From IMG/VR virus record IMGVR_UViG_3300045988_152528, positions 1 to 33,012 of that record: DNA of 33,012 nt; one strand, 5' to 3'. Under the pieces are notes generated by a model. That model saw only the letters and a program-made list of their open reading frames with translations. It did no database searches and was not told where the DNA came from. The position numbers were made by a program, and so were the translations under genes. Shown here in pieces: positions 24,459 to 32,901 of the stretch; position 1 is the first letter of the stretch; each line of letters starts with the position of its first letter. This DNA comes from a virus.

Positions 24459-26167
24459 TGGGAGTATCAACTATAACTGCGGTATATGATACATACGTCA
24501 ATAAATTTTCGGGTCCTTACGCAGACAGCGGGGAAATGATGGTATCCGGGAATAATTCGTTTGGAGTTATCCAGTTCAATATTCCGGCATTAACCGATAT
24601 ATCAATATCATCGGCAAAACTAAGATTGTACTGCAAGGAAAGCGATGCAAATAAAAAAATATTTGCAAAACTTTACGACATATCATCCAGACTGCCGAAC
24701 GGGCTGCTTTACAAAGATTTCGCCCAGTATGCTAATAAAGTAGTGCTGGAATCAGGAGGGAATTTCGTTTTTCTGGCAGAGTCTTCTTCGTATAACGCTT
24801 GGATCGAATTCGATATTGCAAATTTAATAACAGGAAATTTGGGGAAAAACAATTTCACTCTGTCAATCGATTCCAGCGGAGGAGACCGCAGAGCGTTATT
24901 TTCCACAGTCGAAGGGGGGAACCCAGCCCAAATCGTAATCAACTATACAGATTCAACCCCACTCCCCCCGACATTAAAGCACCCGATTGGGGATATTTTA
25001 GAAAACTCGGGAACCGTCACGTTTGAATGGGAATACAATGCTGGGACATCGACCGGACAAGCGAAATATGAATTTGGATGGAAAATGCAATCTGCTACGG
25101 CGTGGAATTCAAGTACGGTAACATCGTCCAACAAATACCACACGATGGATGCGTCAAGCTTTGCAAATGGAGTTGTAGAATGGAGGGTAAAGACCTATAA
25201 CGCAAAAGGGCTAAGCTCGGAGTTTTCGACCGCCCAATTTTTTGTGGTAGGAAAACCACCAACCCCGGAAATAAGCAGTGTAAAAAACAACGCAATAACA
25301 GAAATTAGATGGGAGGCAGCCAAAGCAGAGGAAGTTGCCGCGCAAGTCAGGATAACAAAAAATGCAGTCACTATATACGACAGTGGAAGAATTGCCGGAG
25401 GGATTAATGATGTTTATATCCCTGATATAATGCTATCAGATGGGATGTACGCTGCATTGTTAAGGATATCAAATCTTTATGACATGTGGAGTGACTGGAT
25501 ATCCAGAACGTTTACTATTTCGGGAACAAAGCCGAACAAGCCAACATTAAAAGCATACAATCAAGGGGATTTTGCGGTACTTGAATATTCCGGGAATGCA
25601 ACGACGTACTTTATATATCGTTCCGAGGATGAAGGGGAATTTATTCCAATCGCACAGACGGCAGAAAAACGATATGAGGATTTTACAATGTGCTCGGGGA
25701 AACGATATCGGTATTTTATAAGGGCGTACACGCAATCTTATACAGATAGCGACATTACAGAAGTGTACATATCATATAAGGGAACGTACATTGCTCCGGT
25801 CGACAATCTAAAAAAACGGATTAGGCTGATGCTGTCAGAAGACGAAGAGATGGAACTGGGCATCGGTACAGAGCGAGAAAAAAGCCTGAACACTTACACC
25901 GGACGAAATTATCCGGTGATGGAAATAGGAGATTTAATCACAAGAACAATCAACTTATCCGGATTTTTATACGCCGCAGATGCGAGATATCTAGAAAGTC
26001 TAGTCAGCGCGGGAAAAACATTTTGCGTAAGGAACAAAGAATATAGAATGTTCTGTTCGGCCGGTTCCCTGTCTATGACACAGAAATTATTCTTCGGCGG
26101 ATACAATGTTGGAATTACCATGACTGAAATTGACTATGAAGAAAAGGTGAGGTTTGACAATGTATGA
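24458..26167 (+). CDS. Distal tail / baseplate protein with Ig/FN3-like inserts (569 aa).
   Basis: Gene order after the tape measure. Repeated beta-rich segments (FEWEYNAGTSTGQAKYEFGW, VEWRVKTYNAKG). Confidence 0.55.
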   Translation: MGVSTITAVYDTYVNKFSGPYADSGEMMVSGNNSFGVIQFNIPALTDISISSAKLRLYCKESDANKKIFAKLYDISSRLPNGLLYKDFAQYANKVVLESGGNFVFLAESSSYNAWIEFDIANLITGNLGKNNFTLSIDSSGGDRRALFSTVEGGNPAQIVINYTDSTPLPPTLKHPIGDILENSGTVTFEWEYNAGTSTGQAKYEFGWKMQSATAWNSSTVTSSNKYHTMDASSFANGVVEWRVKTYNAKGLSSEFSTAQFFVVGKPPTPEISSVKNNAITEIRWEAAKAEEVAAQVRITKNAVTIYDSGRIAGGINDVYIPDIMLSDGMYAALLRISNLYDMWSDWISRTFTISGTKPNKPTLKAYNQGDFAVLEYSGNATTYFIYRSEDEGEFIPIAQTAEKRYEDFTMCSGKRYRYFIRAYTQSYTDSDITEVYISYKGTYIAPVDNLKKRIRLMLSEDEEMELGIGTEREKSLNTYTGRNYPVMEIGDLITRTINLSGFLYAADARYLESLVSAGKTFCVRNKEYRMFCSAGSLSMTQKLFFGGYNVGITMTEIDYEEKVRFDNV

Positions 26168-27263
26168 TTTATCACAGAATGGTTATACCGATAGACAAAT
26201 CAAAAAACTTCTAAAGGAAAACAGGCAGATATCCTTTGAATGCGACCTGTTAAACAGCCAGGAAAAATACGTCAAGACATTGCACAGCATAAAAGGAAAC
26301 GTTTCTTTCGATGCTGGAGCGGAGATTATGGGAACGGCGTCGTTTTCGATGGCGGAAAAAGAGGTACAGGGGATAAATCTAGTTGATGCAAGATTGGCAG
26401 CCTATATGCTGCTTTTATCTCCTGCCGGATGGATTAGATTTCCGCTTGGTGTTTACATCATGACATCACCGCAGATTTCTTCGTCTGGAGGACATACAAC
26501 ATATAATGTGGATTGCTATGACAAAAGTGTAATTTTAAAAGAAGACAAGCTTACTGATCGCCTATATATACCACAGGGGGCAAAATATGATCAGGAAGTT
26601 CGGAGAATTATCGCCACGGCGGGGGTGACAAAAGTAAGCATCGAGGGAGGAAACTTAACTGTGCCGAATGCGTTGGAATTTGAAATTGGAACGGATAAGC
26701 TGACGGTGGTAAATGATTTATTATATGCAATCAACTATAATCCCTTACATTTTGACCGCACTGGGACGGCCGTATCGGAACGTTACATCGTACCGAGCGG
26801 ACGCCGGGCAGAGGACGAGTACCTGACGGACGGCCTAAGTATCATAAGACCGGGAGCCAGCAGGAAGCAAGATTTATATAATGTACCAAACGTTATAATC
26901 AGATACGTGGAAAACCCGGACGCAGAACCATTGCGGAGTGAATATATAAATGATTCTGCGGACAGTATTTTAAGCACGGTAAGGCGCGGAAGAAAAATTG
27001 TGGATATTGAGGCGGTGGATGATATAGCGGATCAGGCCACGTTGGATGATTATACAAAAAGGGTGGCGGTGGAAAAATCACAAATCAATGATTCTATGTC
27101 GCTGACAACTGCATTAATGCCGCACCATGGGTACAAGGATTGTTATTTTGTACGACACGACAAAATGGGGATGGCAGAAAAATTTATTGAAAGCTCCTGG
27201 TCGATGGAACTTGCGATAGGCGGGAGCATGACACACAATATAAAAAGGATAACGCTAATATGA
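26154..27263 (+). CDS. Tail-associated / baseplate hub-like protein (369 aa).
   Basis: Gene order only. Confidence 0.45.
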   Translation: MTMYDLSQNGYTDRQIKKLLKENRQISFECDLLNSQEKYVKTLHSIKGNVSFDAGAEIMGTASFSMAEKEVQGINLVDARLAAYMLLLSPAGWIRFPLGVYIMTSPQISSSGGHTTYNVDCYDKSVILKEDKLTDRLYIPQGAKYDQEVRRIIATAGVTKVSIEGGNLTVPNALEFEIGTDKLTVVNDLLYAINYNPLHFDRTGTAVSERYIVPSGRRAEDEYLTDGLSIIRPGASRKQDLYNVPNVIIRYVENPDAEPLRSEYINDSADSILSTVRRGRKIVDIEAVDDIADQATLDDYTKRVAVEKSQINDSMSLTTALMPHHGYKDCYFVRHDKMGMAEKFIESSWSMELAIGGSMTHNIKRITLI

Positions 27264-27508
27264 TGTTTGATAACAACAAAGATAAAATCAGGGAAGAAAG
27301 AGAGTTTTATGGACGGGATTCAGAATCTTTTCGCATGGCAGAAGTGGCGGCGCTATCCGGCGGCCGCCCGATTGTAAAATTTTATGGAGAAACAAAAAAT
27401 AGTCAGAAAGCATATAAGTATCTTTCGGGCTATTCGCCGGTGGTAGGAGATAAGGTCATAATGGCCAGAACCGGCGGAACCTACGTAATTTTAGGAAAGG
27501 TGGTATAA
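27260..27508 (+). CDS. Small tail-tip/baseplate protein (82 aa).
   Basis: Gene order; overlapping start. Confidence 0.4.
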   Translation: MMFDNNKDKIREEREFYGRDSESFRMAEVAALSGGRPIVKFYGETKNSQKAYKYLSGYSPVVGDKVIMARTGGTYVILGKVV

Positions 27509-27511
27509 GGC

Positions 27512-28507
27512 GTGACACAAAATGTAATTTTAAATTTAAAGTCTCCCCAGGCCATACAGACAGATATTGCATTTACGCAAGGAGACTACGGAGAAGCAAA
27601 ACTGACAATTGCGGTGAAGGATGACGAACAATACATAACCGGAGACACTGGGGCCAGCATTTCCTTCCTTCGTGCAGATGGAAACATAGTGACGGGAGAA
27701 CTATCTGGAACGCAGGGAATGTACGGATATACCTTTGCGGGAAACGAGCTGGAAACATCAGGAAAGACAGTGGCAACCGTAACAATAGAATATGATGGAG
27801 GGAGAGTTTCAACAGCGGCTTTTATTTTTACAGTAAGGTACAATCCGGCCTATGACAAAAAAATACCGGCCGGACCATATATAACGGAACTTGAAAAAAT
27901 CAAGAATCAGGCACAGACATACGTTGAATATCTTTCGGCACTAATAGAACAATTGCAGCCGGATATAGGAAGTGCCGCACTAACAAAAGCCGACCTAGTG
28001 AATGGATACACACAGACGGTTGCAGGGATAAAAGCGTTTGACGCAGCAGCGGCGAAGACTTTAAAAGAAATTGTTGACGGAAAGATTGACGCGACGAAGA
28101 TTGTTAATAATCTTCTCTCCACGGACGCATCCATGGTATTAAGTGCGGCACTTGGGCCGATTATTGACCAGCGGTTAACTGACCTACTGGAAAAATATAA
28201 TCGGTTAAATGGCGAGATGGTCAACGGCAAACTAAAAGGATATATAGAAGTCGGAGACGAAGATGATATTATCGAAATATTACAAACATTGTTCAACGGA
28301 TATGGATTCAGTTATATAACTATTTCAAATCCAAGTAAAAATGTTCCGTCCGGCTTTAGCTATTCTAGTGGTTTTGTTGTTCATAGATGGGATACTTTAT
28401 CCGTAATTTTATTGTCATACAGTATTTCAAAAATAGCAATAAATTCTTGTATAAAAAAAAATAATGCATATACGTGGACAGGATGGAAAATATTCACCGG
28501 AAACTGA
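27512..28507 (+). CDS. Tail fibre / receptor-binding protein with a BppU-type N-terminal domain (331 aa, GTG start).
   Basis: The N-terminus ILNLKSPQAIQTDIAFTQGDYGEAKLTIAV resembles the BppU_N Ig-like domain, followed by a coiled-coil middle. The AT-rich C-terminal 101 aa lie inside the inverted repeat. Confidence 0.75.
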   Translation: MTQNVILNLKSPQAIQTDIAFTQGDYGEAKLTIAVKDDEQYITGDTGASISFLRADGNIVTGELSGTQGMYGYTFAGNELETSGKTVATVTIEYDGGRVSTAAFIFTVRYNPAYDKKIPAGPYITELEKIKNQAQTYVEYLSALIEQLQPDIGSAALTKADLVNGYTQTVAGIKAFDAAAAKTLKEIVDGKIDATKIVNNLLSTDASMVLSAALGPIIDQRLTDLLEKYNRLNGEMVNGKLKGYIEVGDEDDIIEILQTLFNGYGFSYITISNPSKNVPSGFSYSSGFVVHRWDTLSVILLSYSISKIAINSCIKKNNAYTWTGWKIFTGN

Positions 28508-28558
28508 GATAAAACTTTTCCGGTGAATCTGAAAAATAACAATTTAACCGAGTAACTT
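28205..28558. repeat. Right arm of the 354-bp inverted repeat: fibre codons 232-331 plus 51 bp of 3' flank.
   Basis: Reverse complement of 1-354. Confidence 0.9.
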
Positions 28559-28585
28559 AACAAAAAAGAAAGGAAGATAGGGAAA

Positions 28586-28984
28586 ATGAATAAAGACAAA
28601 CTAATTTTAAAAAATGAAGCCGAAATTGAGCTTGAAGCCGGAGCCAGCTTGGGGGCCTTGCAGGTCGCATCCGTTGACCGCGCTGCCATGCTGGCGACCT
28701 GGCAGCAGTTGAGGCCAGACAACCTGTCGCAAGTGCAGATTAAAAACGGCGCCGGGCTGACAGTCGGAACCTATACCGACCTTGTGCTGGTGTCTGAAAC
28801 GTCCGTGGTGGCACCCGACGGTAAGGTACTGACAACTTATAGCCTGCGCCCTAAAACAGACGTGGAACGGCTTGAAGAAAAAGTGGCAGCGGTTGAAGCG
28901 GGGCAGCAGGTGCAGGACGGGGCCATCAATGATGTAGCCACATTGGCGGGAACACTGGCAGAACAAGCAGGAGGGATGTCATAA
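28586..28984 (+). CDS. Hypothetical protein (132 aa), markedly GC-rich; occupies the post-fibre position typical of XkdW-like genes.
   Basis: RBS aaGGAAGatagggaaa. The composition differs strongly from the flanking fibre tip. Confidence 0.55.
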   Translation: MNKDKLILKNEAEIELEAGASLGALQVASVDRAAMLATWQQLRPDNLSQVQIKNGAGLTVGTYTDLVLVSETSVVAPDGKVLTTYSLRPKTDVERLEEKVAAVEAGQQVQDGAINDVATLAGTLAEQAGGMS

Positions 28985-29097
28985 TGGGAAAATTTTACGG
29001 GTTAAAAATAAGGGCAGGAGAAATGGCGCTGGAAGAGGTACAGACGTGGTGGCGGCCACAGGTTGAAAAATGGCTGAAAGAGAATCCGGCGGAGTAA
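28984..29097 (+). CDS. XkdX-like mini-protein (37 aa).
   Basis: Hand translation MGKFYGLKIRAGEMALEEVQTWWRPQVEKWLKENPAE. ATGA-type overlap with the upstream stop. Size and position just before the holin match the XkdX family. Confidence 0.5.
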   Translation: MGKFYGLKIRAGEMALEEVQTWWRPQVEKWLKENPAE

Positions 29098-29109
29098 AGG
29101 AGATAGACA

Positions 29110-29604
29110 ATGAAAAAAGAATATGTAATTGCAATTCAGGGAGCATTGGCGGCGGCCGGCGCTTTTTTAAGTGACAGGCTGGGAATCCTGTACCCCGTAT
29201 TATGCGTTTTAATGGGGATGATGGTCTTAGACTATATCACGGGCATGCTTGCCAGCAAAACAGAAGCTATTGACCATCCGGATGACAAAAGATATGGATG
29301 GAGCAGTAAAAAAGGGGCTAAAGGTATCATCAAAAAAGTTGGTTATCTGTGCGTGATCGCTGTGGCGATGGTAGTTGATTATGTAATAGCTAGGGTATCT
29401 GGAAGCCTTGGAATTGCAATGCCGACAAACGCGTTTTTCGGCCTTCTGGTGGCCGTTTGGTACTTACTGAACGAATTACTGTCTATCATTGAAAACGCTG
29501 GCAGAATGGGCGCTGCGGTGCCGGATTGGCTGCTTAAATATATCGCGGTCTTAAAGGACAAGATTGACAGCAACGATTATGGACAGGGTGACAAGCAGAA
29601 ATAG
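29110..29604 (+). CDS. Holin (phage_holin_4 / toxin-secretion holin family-like), 164 aa.
   Basis: Multiple TM segments, the VLDYITGMLASK motif, RBS aAAGGAGatagaca, and position 5' of the endolysin. Confidence 0.8.
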   Translation: MKKEYVIAIQGALAAAGAFLSDRLGILYPVLCVLMGMMVLDYITGMLASKTEAIDHPDDKRYGWSSKKGAKGIIKKVGYLCVIAVAMVVDYVIARVSGSLGIAMPTNAFFGLLVAVWYLLNELLSIIENAGRMGAAVPDWLLKYIAVLKDKIDSNDYGQGDKQK

Positions 29605-29680
29605 AGGGGCGGTGATCCTTGCATCTTCCGGCCGGTGGGGTTATACCGGCGTTGCGGCGTCGCAACAACAGTACATAGGC

Positions 29681-29704
29681 CCCGGGGAAATCCCGGGACT
29701 TTTT
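29681..29704 (+). terminator. Short GC hairpin plus T-run between holin and endolysin. Possible attenuator or terminator.
   Basis: cccgggg-aaa-tcccggg followed by acttttt. Confidence 0.35.
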
Positions 29705-29722
29705 ACAAATAGAGGAATGTAA

Positions 29723-30568
29723 ATGGAAAATGCAGTAAACAAATTGATTCAGACGGCGAAGAAATGGAATGGATACCTGGAAAAGAAGAGCAATAAAGAC
29801 CTGGACAGTTTTACGGACAACGCTGGCAGCAATAATTACACCTGCTTTGCCAGGGACTATTATAAGCATACCGGGCATAATCTCCAGGCGCAGCCTTGGT
29901 GTGCGATGTATGTGTCAGATGTGTTTGTACAGGCCTTTGGCCTGGAGACGGCCAAAAAGATGCTGGGCGGCGCGTTGTATCATTATTGCCCGACGGGGGT
30001 TAACCAGTTTAAGGCAGCCGGCCGGTGGAGCAAAACACCGGAGCCGGGAGCGGTTATCTTCTTTACCAACGGGACACGTGCCTATCACACTGGTATCGTG
30101 ACGCAGGTGACGGCCAGTAAGGTCAAAACTATCGAGGGAAATACTTCCGGAGCATCAGGCGTGGTCGAAAACGGTGGTGGAGTCTGCGCAAAGTCATATG
30201 ATAAATCATACTCCCGTATCCTGGGATATGGATTACCCGATTGGAGCCTTGCGAGAGAGCCTGAGATTTATCGAGAAGGCTTTATTCGGGCGGCCGATGG
30301 AAAACGTTGGTGGTATCAGTACAAAGACGGCAGCTACGCACACAGCGGCTGGTACTGGCTGATGGAGGTCACAACAGGAACATCTGCATGGTATTTGTTT
30401 GATGCTGCCGGATATATGCTGACAGGCTATCAGACAGCACCGGACGGACGAAAATATTTCCTTTGCCCGGACGAAGGGACCGAAGAAGGAAAGTGCATGG
30501 TAACGGACGACCAGGGAGCATTGCAGATTGCTGAGTATGACGAGATTGTCAGACGGTACATAATTTAA
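29723..30568 (+). CDS. Endolysin: N-terminal CHAP-like amidase/peptidase plus C-terminal cell-wall-binding (CW_binding_1-type) repeats, 281 aa.
   Basis: QPWCAMYVS (catalytic Cys context), AYHTGIV (His). The repeats GWYWLMEVTTGTSAWYLFDAAGYMLTGYQ and RWWYQYKDGSYAHSGW are typical clostridial wall-binding repeats. Confidence 0.8.
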   Translation: MENAVNKLIQTAKKWNGYLEKKSNKDLDSFTDNAGSNNYTCFARDYYKHTGHNLQAQPWCAMYVSDVFVQAFGLETAKKMLGGALYHYCPTGVNQFKAAGRWSKTPEPGAVIFFTNGTRAYHTGIVTQVTASKVKTIEGNTSGASGVVENGGGVCAKSYDKSYSRILGYGLPDWSLAREPEIYREGFIRAADGKRWWYQYKDGSYAHSGWYWLMEVTTGTSAWYLFDAAGYMLTGYQTAPDGRKYFLCPDEGTEEGKCMVTDDQGALQIAEYDEIVRRYII

Positions 30569-30613
30569 GCGTACTTCAGTCTCTAAAAATTGACTGGTGC
30601 TGATTTTGTCACA

Positions 30614-30642
30614 TTGACAAAACGGTTCTGTAATGTTAAAAT
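30614..30642 (+). promoter_or_regulatory. Promoter TTGACA-17-TAAAAT driving the CRISPR-repeat-containing transcript.
   Basis: ttgaca at 30614-30619, a 17-bp spacer, taaaat at 30637-30642. No ORF follows. Confidence 0.6.
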
Positions 30643-30694
30643 AAAAGAAATCCAGAGTATTAAATACTCTGCGCATCGTAATATCAACTTAACA

Positions 30695-30729
30695 GTTGCT
30701 GTTCGCCCGTTTCGGGCGTGGATTGAAAA
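30695..30729 (+). CRISPR. Solitary type I-C-like CRISPR repeat unit; core is 30701-30729.
   Basis: gttgctGTTCGCCCGTTTCGGGCGTGGATTGAAAa. It has a 6-bp GC hairpin followed by GTGGATTGAAA, the conserved 3' part of I-C repeats (compare GTCGCGCCCCGCACGGGCGCGTGGATTGAAAC). It occurs only once in the window. Confidence 0.7.
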
Positions 30730-30771
30730 AACTACTTCATTTAAGCTATTGGAAGTTTCTGTTAAGTTGCA

Positions 30772-30805
30772 AAGCGGACCAGGTGCATCTGGTCCGCTTA
30801 TTTTA
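30772..30805 (+). terminator. Intrinsic terminator; possibly doubles as a degenerate second repeat hairpin.
   Basis: aaGCGGACCAG-gtgcat-CTGGTCCGCtt followed by atttt. It is preceded by gttgc, the same 5 nt that precede the true repeat hairpin. Confidence 0.65.
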
Positions 30806-30819
30806 AAGATGATTATTAA

Positions 30820-30858
30820 AAGCCCCTCAACCGCTTTTTATAAGCAGAAGAGGGGCTT
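30820..30858 (-). terminator. Possible terminator of the cas7 operon (9-bp stem, long loop).
   Basis: aagcccctc / gaggggctt arms. On the minus strand they are followed by tttaataat. Confidence 0.3.
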
Positions 30859-30874
30859 GCCATGTTATAGAATA

Positions 30875-31756
30875 TTACCAGCCTTCTATCACTTCAGGTT
30901 CCAATCCTGGAAGATTAAGCAATTCCGCCTTGTAATATGGGGGTACGTCCATAGGCGAAAATTGCAGGGTGCGGAAGACTTTCACAGGAGAATATTGACC
31001 GTTCGGGCAATTATGTTCCCACCAGTATAATCTATCCAACGTCATACTTCCGGCTGGGCGGGCGGCAGATGAATCATTCATAAACATATTTATGATGGCA
31101 TTTTTGATTGCCAGTGCATCACCATATGTGAATCCTGTAATTTTTGCCAGCTGTGGATAGATTGAACCACGAAAGACATATGCCCCATGATCAATCTGAT
31201 ACCGGGTCCCCATTGTATCGCTTGACCTTTCAGACCTTGACGAAGGGTCATTTGAATTAACTGATTTTGTCAAGTTTTTCTGTATCACGGTTATATAATC
31301 CAAAGATACGGCGTCTTGAATTGAAACAGGTCCCCGGACACATTCGGATATACCTGCTTCTTCTTCGGATTCTTTTGACGCTTTGGAAGATTTGAAAGCA
31401 AATACTTGACCGAATGCCCGGACATCAATCCATTTTTCACAGGCAATTTTACGGTAGGAAGTCCTATCTTTTGATTTCGCGGCCTGAACCATGTCTGACT
31501 CCGCTTTTACCTTGCCGTGAAGACTTTTCTGTTCATCCAGCAGTTCTTCTTGCTTAACAACAAAAACATCATATCCATTTTCTGAAAGGCGATCTCTTAT
31601 TTTTCGCTTTAAGCAGACGTCGGTAATGATTCCATTTCCGTTAAAATCTTGTCGCGGGACGTTTCCATTAATCGGATCGCCATTCGGGTTACATCTTTCT
31701 GCAACAATAATACCGCAGAAATCAATCCTGTTCTTCAATACGGCCGAGGTATCCAT
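30875..31756 (-). CDS. cas7: Cas7 (Csd2/Csh2 family, type I-C-like Cascade backbone subunit). Solo phage-encoded copy, 293 aa.
   Basis: NRIDFCGIIVAERCNPNGDPINGNVPRQD...GIITDVCLKRKIRDRL; DVRAFGQVFA; VRGPVSIQDAVS; SDTMGTRYQIDHGAYVFRGSI; TGFTYGDA...MFMNDSSAARPAGSM. These are all hallmark Csd2-family blocks. RBS AAGGAGGGGGacg precedes the ATG at 31756; the ORF-track start at 31780 is less likely. Confidence 0.9.
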   Translation of the reverse strand: MDTSAVLKNRIDFCGIIVAERCNPNGDPINGNVPRQDFNGNGIITDVCLKRKIRDRLSENGYDVFVVKQEELLDEQKSLHGKVKAESDMVQAAKSKDRTSYRKIACEKWIDVRAFGQVFAFKSSKASKESEEEAGISECVRGPVSIQDAVSLDYITVIQKNLTKSVNSNDPSSRSERSSDTMGTRYQIDHGAYVFRGSIYPQLAKITGFTYGDALAIKNAIINMFMNDSSAARPAGSMTLDRLYWWEHNCPNGQYSPVKVFRTLQFSPMDVPPYYKAELLNLPGLEPEVIEGW

Positions 31757-32090
31757 CGTCCCCCTCCTTTTCCCGGACAAAAATCGTAAACCGGATGAAA
31801 TCTAAAGTATAGGGAGTTGGTTTGCGCGAACCGGAATCCCAGTTTTCGATTGTACGTAACGAAATATGATACATAGCTGACATTTTCGCCATGCTGACAT
31901 TAAGTCTTTTGCGCAAGCCTGGAAAATCCAGGCTTGCAAGTTTGAAAATTAATGATAAATCTTTCGTAATTTCATCGGTATCGGATGCTTTGTCCATCCA
32001 TTCCTGCCAGCCGAGGGTCATTATAAACTCTTCCGGCTCATTGTGCTTGACAGCTTCATCACATAGTCTAATAAATGTAGTATATAACAT
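31722..32090 (-). CDS. HTH DNA-binding protein (122 aa), Aca-like by position.
   Basis: C-terminal MAKMSAMYHISLRTIENWDSGSRKPTPYTLDFI is an XRE/MqsA-type HTH (..TlqnWE.GrrkP). RBS AAGGAGGaacaagag precedes the ATG at 32090. Confidence 0.7.
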   Translation of the reverse strand: MLYTTFIRLCDEAVKHNEPEEFIMTLGWQEWMDKASDTDEITKDLSLIFKLASLDFPGLRKRLNVSMAKMSAMYHISLRTIENWDSGSRKPTPYTLDFIRFTIFVREKEGDDGYLGRIEEQD

Positions 32091-32213
32091 CTCTTGTTCC
32101 TCCTTCTTATAACCATTTAAACAATTCGCCATCTTTTTAAAATGACACGCTGTAATTTATCATAATCCCATAGTTTTACGATTCTTCTTCCTCTTCTATT
32201 GGCCTCCATAAGA

Positions 32214-32606
32214 TTACTTCAGCCTTCGTTCCTGTTGTGCTATCCATTTTTTGTATAGATCAATATCTACGATAATATAACGATTCTCGTTGATATCATC
32301 AAACCATTTGATGTCTTGCCAATGCATTGAGGGACCTTCAGCAACATCATCATCATAAAAAAATACAATCTCCTCCCGCTTGTCGAGACATTTTAATATA
32401 TATGACTCATGCGACGAATGGTCAATTTTCCATTTGTTTTTTAACCAATGGTATTCCGCAACATTTCTACATAATACCACTATTTCCGGATAATAATGTT
32501 CATATAAATCTAAATGCTTTTTAATTTCTTCTATTGTTTTTGCCTTCATAGCTCTCTTCTCTCTTTTTTTGTCATGACGATAGATAGGCAACCGTATTAT
32601 AACCAT
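32214..32606 (-). CDS. Hypothetical protein: 130 aa, or 112 aa if it starts at the ATG at 32549.
   Basis: ORF in the operon. The start at 32606 overlaps the upstream stop, suggesting translational coupling. No recognisable motif. Confidence 0.55.
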   Translation of the reverse strand: MVIIRLPIYRHDKKREKRAMKAKTIEEIKKHLDLYEHYYPEIVVLCRNVAEYHWLKNKWKIDHSSHESYILKCLDKREEIVFFYDDDVAEGPSMHWQDIKWFDDINENRYIIVDIDLYKKWIAQQERRLK

Positions 32607-32851
32607 AATACTGTTTCGCCTTTGTAATGGCGGATATTTCCATCCTCACGAACCATGCGAAGCGGGGTATCCTCAATCTCGCCATCTTCCCAAATGTTTA
32701 ATCTTACTTCCATAACATCCGGGTCAGAAAATGCTTTTTCTGCTGCGTCATACGCTTCATCATAAGAATCGTACCAGTCGGCCATATCGGCGGTGTTCCA
32801 ATCACTATCACTGTTTACAGATTCGATATTAACTGCATACTCTTTTTTCAT
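32597..32851 (-). CDS. Small, highly acidic protein (84 aa), first gene of the operon. Anti-CRISPR-like by size, charge and position.
   Basis: RBS aAAGGAGAGacgaaa. The sequence is rich in D/E/W (SDSDWNTADMADWYDSYDEAYDAAEKAFSDPD). Confidence 0.65.
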   Translation of the reverse strand: MKKEYAVNIESVNSDSDWNTADMADWYDSYDEAYDAAEKAFSDPDVMEVRLNIWEDGEIEDTPLRMVREDGNIRHYKGETVLWL

Positions 32852-32901
32852 TTTCGTCTCTCCTTTTTGTTTGAAATTGCTTACCTCTTGTTTATGTATT
32901 T

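Noticed and set aside
30590-30870. A multi-repeat CRISPR array.
   Set aside because: The GGATTGAAA-containing repeat occurs only once in the whole window. The second 'repeat' is at best a degenerate hairpin/terminator, so the locus is reported as a solitary repeat or mini-array and not as an array.
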